A DNA stretch of 63,972 nucleotides, filler included, from Octopus bimaculoides (Eukaryota), in NCBI RefSeq assembly GCF_001194135.2. It is 6 parts of 5 records of this genome, joined end to end, with 100 filler letters (N's around TTAATTAATTAA, not from the genome) between each part and the next. Parts side by side here need not be neighbours in the genome. Positions count along the whole stretch, not along the records: positions 49,824 to 56,176 come from NC_068988.1; positions 56,277 to 60,005 come from NC_068992.1; positions 60,106 to 63,972 come from NC_068984.1; 3 more parts are not named here. One strand, 5' to 3'. Under the pieces are notes generated by a model. The model did no database searches. It worked only from the letters and a program-made list of their open reading frames with translations, and was not told the origin of the DNA. How positions within the stretch are numbered: position 1 is the first letter of the stretch; each line of letters opens with the position of its first letter. Of the stretch, positions 52,371 through 63,972 are shown piece by piece. A program made the translations under genes and the position numbers.

Positions 52371-52619
52371 TTGGGTTGGTGCATAATTATTGCGGCTTTT
52401 TTTCAACAAATTTTATTCAACAAAAATATTAACAATATTTAACAAAAACATCTTTAAATGACATTCTGACCGTCTGCCAAGAAAATGAGAAGCAGTAATT
52501 GAAGTAGATTGTAAATATGCTCCGGAATAAATCATTTAAAGATGTTTTTGTTACTTGTTATTGTTTTTGTTGAATAAAATTTGTTGAAAAAGAGGCGCAA
52601 TAATTATGCACCAACCCAA
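52371..52619. mobile_element. Mariner-derived MITE (MADE-like) with about 90-bp inverted arms
   Basis: TTGGGTTGGTGCATAATTATTGCG resembles the Hsmar1 TIR TTAGGTTGGTGCAAAAGTAATTGCG; inverted copy at the right end; TA at 52369-52370. Confidence 0.88.
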
Positions 52620-53527
52620 CACACACACATATANNNNNNNNNNNNNNNNNNNNNNNNNNNNNNNNNNNNNNNNNNNNNNNNNNNNNNNNNNNNNNNNNNN
52701 NNNNNNNNNNNNNNNNNNNNNNNNNNNNNNNNNNNNNNNNNNNNNNNNNNNNNNNNNNNNNNNNNNNNNNNNNNNNNNNNNNNNNNNNNNNNNNNNNNNN
52801 NNNNNNNNNNNNNNNNNNNNNNNNNNNNNNNNNNNNNNNNNNNNNNNNNNNNNNNNNNNNNNNNNNNNNNNNNNNNNNNNNNNNNNNNNNNNNNNNNNNN
52901 NNNNNNNNNNNNNNNNNNNNNNNNNNNNNNNNNNNNNNNNNNNNNNNNNNNNNNNNNNNNNNNNNNNNNNNNNNNNNNNNNNNNNNNNNNNNNNNNNNNN
53001 NNNNNNNNNNNNNNNNNNNNNNNNNNNNNNNNNNNNNNNNNNNNNNNNNNNNNNNNNNNNNNNNNNNNNNNNNNNNNNNNNNNNNNATATATATATATAT
53101 ATATATATATATACGCGCCAGCTCAAACACTACAATAGATTTTCAGCTAACAGCTGCTGTTATACACTTTATGATCCATGCAATTTATATGCTACATCTA
53201 CTGTTACTTCATATAGAAAACTAATGAGGCAATTGACGTTTCAGGAAAAAAAATATACATAAAGAACGTGTAATAAATTGTACAAAGTGAATGATGCTAC
53301 ATACAGACGTACACACACTCACAAGAATAAACTCGCAATTGTATTTATGCGGAAGATCGCAGCGATGTGAAACTCGAGTCGCGAGAAAGAATTTCAGTCT
53401 CGATAAACTATAGCTAGATAGGAATATATAAATTAATATACATGCATACATACAGACACACACATATACACATACATACATATACAAGCACACATGCATA
53501 TATATGCATTTATTTATATATATATAT

Positions 53528-53748
53528 CTCTTTCACTCTTTTACTTGTTTCAGTCTTTTTACTGTGGCCATGCTGGAACACCACCTTTAGTCGAGCAAAT
53601 CGACCCCAGGACTTATTCTTTACAAGCCTAGTACTTATTCTATCGGTCTCTTTTGCCGAACCGCTAAGTTACGGGGAGATAAACACACCAACATCGGTTG
53701 TCAAGCGATGTTGGGGGGACAAACACAGACACACAAACACATACACAC

Positions 53749-53793
<45 letters not shown>

Positions 53794-54325
53794 NNNNNNN
53801 NNNNNNNNNNNNNNNNNNNNNNNNNNNNNNNNNNNNNNNNNNNNNNNNNNNNNNNNNNNNNNNNNNNNNNNNNNNNNNNNNNNNNNNNNNNNNNNNNNNN
53901 NNNNNNNNNNNNNNNNNNNNNNNNNNNNNNNNNNNNNNNNNNNNNNNNNNNNNNNNNNNNNNNNNNNNNNNNNNNNNNNNNNNNNNNNNNNNNNNNNNNN
54001 NNNNNNNNNNNNNNNNNNNNNNNNNNNNNNNNNNNNNNNNNNNNNNNNNNNNNNNNNNNNNNNNNNNNNNNNNNNNNNNNNNNNNNNNNNNNNNNNNNNN
54101 NNNNNNNNNNNNNNNNNNNNNNNNNNNNNNNNNNNNNNNNNNNNNNNNNNNNTACATATATACGACGGGCTTCTTTCAGTTTCCGTCTACCAAATCCACT
54201 CACAAGACATTGGTCGGCCCGAGGCTATAGTAGAAGACACTTGCCCAAGGTGCCACGCAGTGGGACTGAACCCGGGACCATATGGTTGGTAAGCAAGCTA
54301 CTTACCAGACAGCCACTCCTGCGCC
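53528..54325 (-). mobile_element. SINE family C, both ends present; internal microsatellite collapsed into an N gap
   Basis: Head GGCGCAGGAGTGGCTGTCTGGTAAG (reverse complement) through tail GAAACAAGTAAAAGAG. Confidence 0.92.
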
Positions 54326-54362
54326 TAATGTGTATATTTTTATCTTTATATGTAAGTATGTA

Positions 54363-54404
<42 letters not shown>

Positions 54405-54409
54405 CCTCC

Positions 54410-54453
<44 letters not shown>

Positions 54454-56085
54454 ATATATGTGTATATATATTTTTGAGGTGCGTTCTGTTAAGAACGTAT
54501 AAGAGTACAATTAGAGCTCGTTCACCGTTAGAATTCTCAAATAGCCGTTAGTATTCCTATGGTATGCTACCAATTCTAGTCTTAGGTATTCCTTCTGAGT
54601 GAAAATAAAAAGTAAAAAGTAAAAGAGTCAAAAGGAAGAGTAAGTACGGTTAGGTAGCATTTTAATCACTACAAATGCTTCGATACCTACAGATCCTCGT
54701 ATATACAGGATTTGAAGTTAGGTTTAATTTAAATTATGTAATGATTTACCTGTATAAGAAGATCTATATGTATCTCCTCAGGCGATACTCAGTTGCTGTC
54801 TCCGTAAGTAAATTTAGATTTTCATGCTACAAAATTCATGGCTTCTTCTTTGAAACTACCAAACGCTGACGGTTTCAATTTGCTTGGTATGAGTGTGTTA
54901 TCACGTTCAACATGAGCTGCAATGTGCACGTTGTCTGTTTATTTATTCAGTTTCAACATGTTATTCTGCACATGCCAAACTGTACCATTACGCAAAATAC
55001 ATCCATCCATTTACTCATACTTATACAATCACTTACACACCGATATACCATACGCCACTGAATGTTTCCATACACACACACATGCACACATACGCACATA
55101 CACTCACACGCAGACACGTACACACATACATGCATATATATAAAAAAATATATGTACATATATTCAGATGCATACACGCATTGATATACTCACCTATATA
55201 TCAATAAACTCATTCACATCTACACATAGACGCTTATACATTTATCTACTCATTTTCATGTACATAGTTATATCGTTGAACGCTCCATCATAAATACACA
55301 CTCGTATACATACGTGAAGGCGGTAAAAAATGGGTATAGCGAGATAGAATAGTAATTATAATTTATACACTGTTCCATCTGGAAAATGCATATTTGGCAC
55401 GGTGGTTACAACTTGGAATTTTCTCATCATGTTTATTCACTAGATTTTTATTACTAAGTAAAATACTCAGTGCTTCCTCCAGGCAAAGGTCACATTTGCC
55501 GGATAGTGAATTACATGGATATGCGTTTTTGGACCATTCTATTTGGTATTTAATTTTTTATTCTTTCAGTCCCCATATGAGGTCTGCCAGCGAGGTCATG
55601 TGCCGTCTATTTATTTTTCGAAATGACGAGATATGGTTTCGATAACGAACTTTGAACTGGTTTTCAGTGGCACCTATGTACACGTAATTATGTTGAGATG
55701 TGTAGATTATACATTTATATATTTTGTTTGTTTGTTTGTTTGTTTGCTTTTTTTCTTGAGCACATTGGTTCAGCAGTAGACATGCAGATTTTCTACAGCA
55801 TGTGCAGTTAATCGTATTCTTATTATTCTTATGTTTATCTGGCCACTTTTTGATTCTGTTTTCATGATGTTCCGTTTTATTTTTAGTACCCGAGGCTTTG
55901 TTTAATCGGTAAGCTGTTTTGTTGGATCTTTTGGGATGATATGTTTCAACTTTGTTATCGTCTTTTACGCTATCTGAAAGTTTGCAGTCTATCTGTTGTT
56001 CATTTTGGTTATTGGTGTTAAATTCTGTGTAGTTTTGAATTAGAATAGATGTAACAAAAGACAGTAAAAAAGGAGAATTATAAGC

Positions 56086-56176
<91 letters not shown>

Positions 56177-56220
56177 NNNNNNNNNNNNNNNNNNNNNNNN
56201 NNNNNNNNNNNNNNNNNNNN

Positions 56221-56232
56221 TTAATTAATTAA
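56221..56232. other. Assembly spacer TTAATTAATTAA in 100-bp gap
   Basis: Same construct as at 22847. Confidence 0.9.
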
Positions 56233-56276
56233 NNNNNNNNNNNNNNNNNNNNNNNNNNNNNNNNNNNNNNNNNNNN

Positions 56277-56308
<32 letters not shown>

Positions 56309-57069
56309 ACATCAAAGTGATGAAAATATTTTGGCAAATTAAATTTAAATGTTGAAGTGAATCTAACAGTTTTTGTGTGTTTCTTAAATGCCTTATAAAC
56401 ACCTTCCATGCAGCAATTGTTTTTCGTTCCAGCACACGATCTCAGATCAGGTCACTTGCTATGCAAGTACATCTCCATAAAACGTAACATGGTTTAGCTT
56501 AAATACAATTTGTGAACCAAAATTTAGATTTGCTACTTCACAAATTATACTTCCATCAATGTGCATGTCAGTTGTATAGAATACAGTTATTGTATGCTTA
56601 TCTATAAGTATGTATTTGTAACATATATATAATTTATTTTTATTGTTTTTTTCTTTTGTGATGGTGGTAGTAGCAGTGGTGATGGTGGGGAGGCATTCTT
56701 TCAGTATTAAGATGTTTATATATTCCTATACAAACGGCATAGAATGAAGTTTATCATTTTTTTTTTAGCAGGAGTTCACCGATTCCAGTTTTATTCTTGC
56801 TCTTTTGCATCTGGTATTTTATGTACTTCTTAATAAATTTTTTTTTTGGCTTTTCTTTTTACCTGAAATACCATTATCAGCACTTGATATGTTTCCATCC
56901 ATTTATTTATTTATTTATTTATTTATTTGTGTTTTTTTTTTGGTTGTATTCTTTGTTTTTTTTTTTTTAATTTCTACATCTAATCCAGTTTCATTCTGCA
57001 TCAAATTTCTGCAGCCCAAAAAATTTTTACGAAATAGCGCAACTTGTACGTAATACATAATATGTAATA

Positions 57070-57252
57070 ACGATGTTGATGATGATGATGATAACAATAA
57101 TGATGATGATGATGATGATGACGACAACAACAATGATGATTTCAGCAATGACGGTGGTGATGATGATAATGATGATGGTGATAGTGGTGATCGTGATGAT
57201 GATGATGATGATAATGATGATGCTGGTGTTGATGACGACGACGACAATAATA
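57070..57252. repeat. Degenerate (GAT)n array
   Basis: Direct reading. Confidence 0.9.
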
Positions 57253-57761
57253 ATAAAGTAGGAGAAAAGAAACCTCATCCCACCCCCCAAAAAGAAAAAA
57301 AACACACGAATAAAAACAGATCCAAATGTTGGTAAATGTTTGTGATGCATCACTATTCCATGTCAATTAATTTGCATTCTAAAGTATTCTATAAAGTAAA
57401 AAAAAAAAGAAACAAAACAAAAACAAAAACAAACAAGTAAAAACTCAAATAAGCAAAACAAGGAGAAATTGCTATTTAAGGTGAGGGGGCAGGAGAGACG
57501 GAGAACCCAAATATCTTTCTATTCAATTTAAATGTTATCTTCTAATATGGTTTTAAAACAGACATTTTAGCAGTATTTCTCCAGTTCAGTGTTATGTTTT
57601 CAAAACTAGAATTAAAAAAAAAAAACCCCAGAAATAGTTACTTTTTTTTTTTTGTCTTGTTTGGGTATTTTTCAAAAACAAACAAAAAGAAATAACTTGT
57701 TTAACCTTTTCTGGTTTTATTTTTCATGTAGGAAATCTGAGATGATTTTTAGTGTGAATGT

Positions 57762-58543
57762 ACGTGAGAAGACCTGGCAAGCCACGTGAGACCATAATCC
57801 GAGGCCTCTGCCAGGGATGTAGCCAGCCCACTTACGCGTAACATTCCTTCATTGGACACTAAACTCTGCTTGCAAAGACCTGTTGAGGCAAGTGAAATCG
57901 AAATNNNNNNNNNNNNNNNNNNNNNNNNNNNNNNNNNNNNNNNNNNNNNNNNNNNNNNNNNNNNNNNNNNNNNNNNNNNNNNNNNNNNNNNNNNNNNNNN
58001 NNNNNNNNNNNNNNNNNNGAACTAAATTTGTAGACTGGCACCCATGCCAACATCTCTTTCAATGAACACTAAACTCAGCTTGCGAAGACCTGTTGGGGCA
58101 AGCGAAAGCGAAATCGTGATGGCACCTGTACCAGTGGAGCACTAAGAGCACCGTCCGAGTGTGATCGTTGCCAGATCAGCTGTCTGGCTTCCATGCTGGT
58201 GGCACATAAATAGCACCATTTGAGCGTGATCGTTACCAACGTCGCCTTCCTGGCACTTGTGCCAGTGGAACGTGAAAAGACATTCGAGCGAGATCGTGCA
58301 GGTGGCACATAAAATACACCATTTCAAGCGTGGCTGTTGCCAGTACTGTGTGACTGGCCTTCATGTCGGTGGCACGTAAAAGCACCCACTACACTCTCGG
58401 AGTGGTTGGCATTAGGAAGGGCATCCAGCTGTAGAAACTCTGCCAAATCAGATTGGAGCCTGGTGTAGCCATCTGGTCCACCAGTCCTCAGTTAAATCGT
58501 CCAACCCATGCTAGCATGGAAAGCGGACATAAAACGATGATGA
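57762..58543 (+). mobile_element. Internally repetitive retroposon with RTE-like 3' end and (GAT)n tail
   Basis: Two CACTAAACTC.GCTTGC.AAGACCTGTT units; three GGTGGCAC(A/G)TAAA units; GGTTGGCATTAGGAAGGGCATCCAGCTGTAGAAA...CCCATGCTAGCATGGAAAGCGGACATAAAACGATGATG. Confidence 0.75.
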
Positions 58544-58544
58544 T

Positions 58545-58967
58545 TGGCTTTGAATTTTAGCCCAAGGCCTATAATTTCTGGGGAAGGGTTAAGTTGATTA
58601 CATTGACCCAAGTATTCAAGTATTCAACTGGTACTTATTTTATTGACCCCAAAAGGATAAAAGGCAAAGTCAACCTTGGTGGGGTTTGAACTCGGAATGT
58701 AAAGATGAATAAAATGCTGCTGAGTGTTTTATCTGGCTTGCTAATGATTCCTATTTCTTTACTGCCCACAAAGGGCTACGCACAGAGGGGACAAACAAGG
58801 ACAGACAAACAGATTAAATCGATTATATCGACCCCAGTGCATAACTGGTACTTATTTCATCGACCCCGACAGGATGAAAGGCAAAGTTAACCTCGGTGGA
58901 ATTTGAACGTAGAACATAGCGCCAGACGAAATACCGCTACTACTACTACTACTACTACTACTACTAT

Positions 58968-59037
<70 letters not shown>

Positions 59038-59242
59038 GATGATGATGATGGCTTCAAATTTTGGTACCGGGCCAACAGTTTGATTACATCGATCCCGGTA
59101 CATGATTGGTGCTTATTCTATTCCCCCTGAACAGATGTAAGATAGCATCAACCTTGATGGAATTTGAACTGAGATCATAAAAACGAAGGAAATGCCTCTA
59201 AGCATTTTGTCTGGTGTGCTAACAAATCTACCAGCTCACCAT

Positions 59243-59284
<42 letters not shown>

Positions 59285-59525
59285 TAATAATAATAATAAT
59301 AATAATAATAATCTTTTCTATTCTTGGCACAAGGTCCGAAATTTTGGGAGGGCGGGGCCAGTCAATAAAATTGACTCCAGTACACAACTGGTATTTAATT
59401 TATCAGCCCTGAAAGGATGAAAAACAAAGTCGACCTGGGTGGAATTTGAACTCAGAATGTAAAGACAGACGAAACATCACTAAGCATTTCGCCCGGCGTG
59501 CTAACATTTCTGCCAGCTCGCTGCC

Positions 59526-59528
<3 letters not shown>
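58545..59528 (-). mobile_element. Four head-to-tail SINE family A copies (about 58545-58748, 58752-58938, 59050-59243, 59312-59528) separated by (TAC)n, poly-A and (AAT)n
   Basis: Each has GGCAAAGT/AAAGTCGACC...GGAATTTGAAC and TGGTA(C/T)TTA motifs. Confidence 0.88.
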
Positions 59529-59598
<70 letters not shown>

Positions 59599-60049
59599 TA
59601 ATGATGATATTGCTAAAAATGCTGATGATGATGATAACAATGATGGTGTCGACGATGATGATAATGATGCTGATGATGCTGATGATTATGACAACACTCT
59701 GATGACAACGATGATGATGACAGCAATGATGCTAATGAAATATGATTTCCTGGTGAGGATTGTAGAACGAGCTGCAAGCTCCACAGGATTTGACTTCTTT
59801 AGCTTGTGTTTGCATCATTTTGATTGATGCAAGTTTTCAACATTTACATTTTTGCTAAGTGCTTGCCATGGAAATTGTAACTTCATATCGTTCATCTATT
59901 ATACAAAGACAACCTTTTATTTTTCTTAATTTCTTTTTGGTTCTTTTTTTTTGCTACCTTAAACAAACGAGGAGAAAAAAATACAGGAAACCAAAAAAAA
60001 AAAAANNNNNNNNNNNNNNNNNNNNNNNNNNNNNNNNNNNNNNNNNNNN

Positions 60050-60061
60050 TTAATTAATTAA
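60050..60061. other. Assembly spacer TTAATTAATTAA in 100-bp gap
   Basis: Same construct as at 22847. Confidence 0.9.
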
Positions 60062-60149
60062 NNNNNNNNNNNNNNNNNNNNNNNNNNNNNNNNNNNNNNN
60101 NNNNNCAGTAGCTGACTGATTATCATGATCATTCGTCTTTTGCTTTCCT

Positions 60150-60906
60150 GTAGCTTTGCTCTCTTTTACAAACCCAGTGAACATACATATATTTCCTATT
60201 TCAAAGAAATTCAGACAATACATATTACACACAAGTTAAAAAGATTCCCAACAATTCAACTTCTCTGGTTGACAATAATATACCCACCCCCAATAGGGGC
60301 CTTAACTCCCACATTTTAGAGCTCCATTTTTCAGGAGCAAAATCCTTTTAGGGTCCATGTAGTGTCTTAGGCCAAAAAATTTTTTAACTTCTTGCATAGT
60401 TCGAGCGCTCAGTAATATCATATCTCCTCCACTATTTCAGTATTACGTGTCAAAAGTGAAACAGTAACATATCGCTACTGTAAATTCAAATACTTTCAAT
60501 TTCATACTGAAACTATTAAAGTGAGACTATACTCTCACATATATACAAGCATACTATAAGACCCAAGTTAAAAACATTCCCAATAATTCAACTTCTCTGG
60601 TTGACATTAACACACCCACCCCCAACAGGATTTTAGAGCTCCATGAATTCCATTTTTCAGGAGCAAAATCCTTTTTACTGGTTCCAGAAGACTGAAATTT
60701 TGGAATATGCGCATAAAGATCAATAGTATGGGATACATGTCTCATGATTAGAATTTTTTTAGGGTGTGTAAAGAGGGAAAGAACCCTCATGTGCAATTTT
60801 CATGAAATTCGAATCATATGTATTCCAGTTCCTTACAGAAAATATAACACAAAATTCTCATTCTTCAATTGCATGTAATTCGGGCAATGCCGGGTATCTC
60901 TGCTAG
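60150..60906 (+). mobile_element. Non-autonomous Helitron-like element
   Basis: 3' end CGGGCAATGCCGGGTATCTCTGCTAG|T (GC-rich imperfect hairpin then CTAG before T); internal duplication 60245-60352 / 60586-60676; 5' end uncertain. Confidence 0.65.
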
Positions 60907-60917
60907 TATATATATCA

Positions 60918-60949
<32 letters not shown>

Positions 60950-60951
60950 TT

Positions 60952-61105
60952 ACAATGGCCTTCTTTCAGTTTCTGTGTACAAAATCTACTCACAAGGCTT
61001 CAGCCAGCCTGAGGCTATAGTAGAATATATTTGCCCAAGGTGCCATGCAGTGGAACTGAACCAAAATCATGTGGTTGGGAAGCAAGCATCTTACCACACA
61101 GCCAC
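60952..61105 (-). mobile_element. SINE family C head half, CpG-decayed
   Basis: Aligns to 54163-54320 with CG changed to TG or CA. Confidence 0.88.
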
Positions 61106-61369
61106 ATTAAATGTGAAATATCTCAAAACTAAGATAAAACTTTCGATGAATTTATCTTATGAAGTTTCTTTTAACATTTTTTTCTTTATATTGACACAGT
61201 TATGGCTGTGTAATTAAGAAATTCACTTTCCAACCATATAGTTTTGGGTGTGGATTTGATGTATGTTTGTGTGAGTGATTTCATATTTGTCCTCATCTTC
61301 ATGTGTGTTTGCTGATTGTAAACATTATCTAGCTGTCCATCCTCAAAACATGTCTTGACTTCTTGACAT

Positions 61370-61825
61370 GCCATTGCATGTTGCATGATCTTTGTAATCT
61401 AAAGTCTTGTTCATATGGTATTCTTTGTTTCCAGTCCTCTATGTAAAGATGTCCAGGCTCGTCATTGTTTGATATACTAGTAGATTACCTGACTTGTAAA
61501 CAAATAGGGGCTGGTGATAAGAAGAGTATCTAGACATAGAAAATCCCATCCCAGTATAACTTTGATGTGTGTGTGTGTGTGGAGGTGTACTGTACCTTTG
61601 ACTTCTAATTGCATAATGATGTAAAATTAGTGTAACTGTCATACAAGCGGTATCATTCATTTCCAGTCTTTTGTAAGTATATTTCCAATTACTGGAAAAT
61701 ATTACCTCGCTTAGAAACAAGTGAAGGTTAATGACTGGAGGAGCACCCAGCTATAGAAAATTTTTCTCAATAAATTCCACCTGACCTATGTATGCATGAA
61801 AAAACGCATGTTAAATTGATGATTC
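61370..61825 (+). mobile_element. Two tandem diverged RTE-tail-type repeats
   Basis: TTTCCAGT...ATTACCT...AAACAA repeated at about 61428 and 61660; ends GCACCCAGCTATAGAAAA...GCATGAAAAAACGCATGTTAAATTGATGAT. Confidence 0.55.
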
Positions 61826-61877
61826 TCCACACAGCTCAGTCACCTGAGCATCAGACTTTTAAGGCTAATCCTGTAGG

Positions 61878-61985
61878 TGATCTGAGGGTCACGGGTTCAA
61901 GTCCCTCTATGAGCATACTTCTTTTTTTAAGGTGGTGCTCCAGCATGGCCACAGTCAAATGGTTGAAGCAAGCAAAAGAATAAAA
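61878..61985 (+). mobile_element. tRNA-head fragment fused to a family C terminal tail
   Basis: GGGTTCAAGTCCC B-box; GGTGGTGCTCCAGCATGGCCACAGTC...GCAAAAGAATAAAAG. Confidence 0.65.
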
Positions 61986-63489
61986 GTATATATATGTATT
62001 ACACACACTCATACATACACACTGTTTCATGTGTGAGATGCATTTTTCTTTGTGTCTATGTATGTGTGTTATGGTATCTTTAACTTGTTAGTATGTCAGG
62101 ATAGGTACAAATGTGTATATGCATCTAAGCTTTGTTTTCCCAAATGTATGCACTTGGATTTCGGTCAAGGTTATTGTTGTGTCTGTACATATGTATTGAT
62201 TATTTCTCTATATATACACATATATGCATGTGTGTATTTGTGTGTGTGTGTATATACATATATGCATACATATATATNNNNNNNNNNNNNNNNNNNNNNN
62301 NNNNNNNNNNNNNNNNNNNNNNNNNNNNNNNNNNNNNNNNNNNNNNNNNNNNNNNNNNNNNNNNNNNNNNNNNNNNNNNNNNNNNNNNNNNNNNNNNNNN
62401 NNNNNNNNNNNNNNNNNNNNNNNNNNNNNNNNNNNNNNNNNNNNNNNNNNNNNNNNNNNNNNNNNNNNNNNNNNNNNNNNNNNNNNNNNNNNNNNNNNNN
62501 NNNNNNNNNNNNNNNNNNNNNNNNNNNNNNNNNNNNNNNNNNNNNNNNNNNNNNNNNNNNNNNNNNNNNNNNNNNNNNNNNNNNNNNNNNNNNNNNNNNN
62601 NNNNNNNNNNNNNNNNNNNNNNNNNNNNNNNNNNNNNNNNNNNNNNNNNNNNNNNNNNNNNNNNNNNNNNNNNNNNNNNNNNNNNNNNNNNNNNNNNNNN
62701 NNNNNNNNNNNNNNNNNNNNNNNNNNNNNNNNNNNNNNNNNNNNNNNNNNNNNNNNNNNNNNNNNNNNNNNNNNNNNNNNNNNNNNNNNNNNNNNNNNNN
62801 NNNNNNNNNNNNNNNNNNNNNNNNNNNNNNNNNNNNNNNNNNNNNNNNNNNNNNNNNNNNNNNNNNNNNNNNNNNNNNNNNNNNNNNNNNNNNNNNNNNN
62901 NNNNNNNNNNNNNNNNNNNNNNNNNNNNNNNNNNNNNNNNNNNNNNNNNNNNNNNNNNNNNNNNNNNNNNNNNNNNNNNNNNNNNNNNNNNNNNNNNNNN
63001 NNNNNNNNNNNNNNNNNNNNNNNNNNNNNNNNNNNNNNNNNNNNNNNNNNNNAGAACCAAGGTTCATGAACTAATCAATGAAAATCCACAGTCACATATA
63101 GAAAATTAATAAGTAAAAGCACAATAAATAAGTATAATATAATACAAAGTAAATATCATAAGATAATGGTAATAAAACGACTACATGTGTTTCATAACCA
63201 AATTTTCAAATAGGAAAAATATTTTAATCGATTAAAACTATCAAAAAATCAATTGTATTAAAAAATATAGCTAATCTTCAGGTCAAATTACAATAATAAT
63301 AATAGTAAAAGAATGTATATATCAACCAACAATAAATAACAAATGAATGTATATAAAATAGTTATTATATTAAGATAGAAAAATATTATTAAAAATATCA
63401 AAATTGTAAACGTTCCATAATTAACTTTACGTTTATTATAATATAAACTAACAGAAATATTATATGCAAAAACTAGGTTAGGAACTTAC

Positions 63490-63541
63490 CAGTGGTTTCA
63501 TGTCTACAGTTGCTCTTGGCAATATAGGCAACTCAACAGAC
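63490..63541 (-). CDS. Probable internal coding exon (x)SVELPILPRATVDMKPL of an unidentified gene
   Basis: tagcag|G acceptor (weak pyrimidine tract), strong donor CTG|gtaagt, open frame with phase 2 in and phase 0 out. Confidence 0.45.
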
Positions 63542-63972
63542 CTGCTACATATGTACGTGTGTGTGTGTGTGTGTGTATTATAAAGTTGTTTTTTTTAATA
63601 TTCAATTATCATTAGAACAATTTTACATTAATCTGAAGGGTTACTCAATACTTTTGTAGAGTACAAATTTATAATTCTTCAGCAAGAATATTATTGACAG
63701 TAACTTTGAAGTTTCAGTCAAATAAGTCATCATCAGACTGTGATGAATATAAGCCAACCTTGACTTTGTATAGTCTCTTTTGATATAAAATTTTTCTGGG
63801 GTTTGTGGGGCTCAGTTGACTCATTATTAGATTGAAGGGCATGTTGTAATGGAGATGTGTTGTGGTAAAATTTTTGTTGATTAAATTTGGATTATGTCAC
63901 AGTCCAAATTATATTCATCCATGTAGAACTTTATATATATGTATGTATATATATGTATATATATATATATAT

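Noticed and set aside
54782-56812. Chainable plus-strand mini-exons (54782-54803, about 55481-55543, about 56771-56812)
   Set aside because: Phases can be made compatible, but the peptide is unrecognisable and such chains arise readily in AT-rich DNA

Overview
AT-rich, microsatellite-dense, gapped eukaryotic scaffold. The repeat families and (TA)n/(CA)n-flanked gaps look like an octopus (coleoid cephalopod) short-read assembly; this is inferred from repeat content, not from a search. No complete protein-coding gene, rRNA or CRISPR array can be supported, and nearly all ORFs in the supplied track are microsatellite or N-gap artefacts. What is supported: (1) at least three tRNA-headed SINE families, here called A, B and C, in about 30 copies or fragments; (2) decayed autonomous retroelements: two Penelope-like pieces (GIY-YIG at 4.4-4.8 kb, RT at 27.5-28.3 kb), three fragments of RLE-type R4/Dong-like non-LTR elements (21.8-22.6, 22.7-22.8 and 50.9-51.2 kb), RTE-like pieces and a CCCH-finger LINE-ORF1-like remnant; (3) mariner and hAT MITEs and a Helitron-like 3' end; (4) one stand-alone tRNA-like sequence; (5) a few candidate exons, best at 63490-63541 (-) and 13.5-14.2 kb (-). 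Most worth following up: a head-to-head Dong-like pair embedded in (TAA)n, a 3' stem-loop module shared by two SINE families, head-to-tail SINE arrays, complete CpG decay in a repeat copy near the right end (a possible methylated gene body), and the orphan exon cluster. I found no clear evidence for a wholly new biological system. Most repeat boundaries are approximate and were read by eye.
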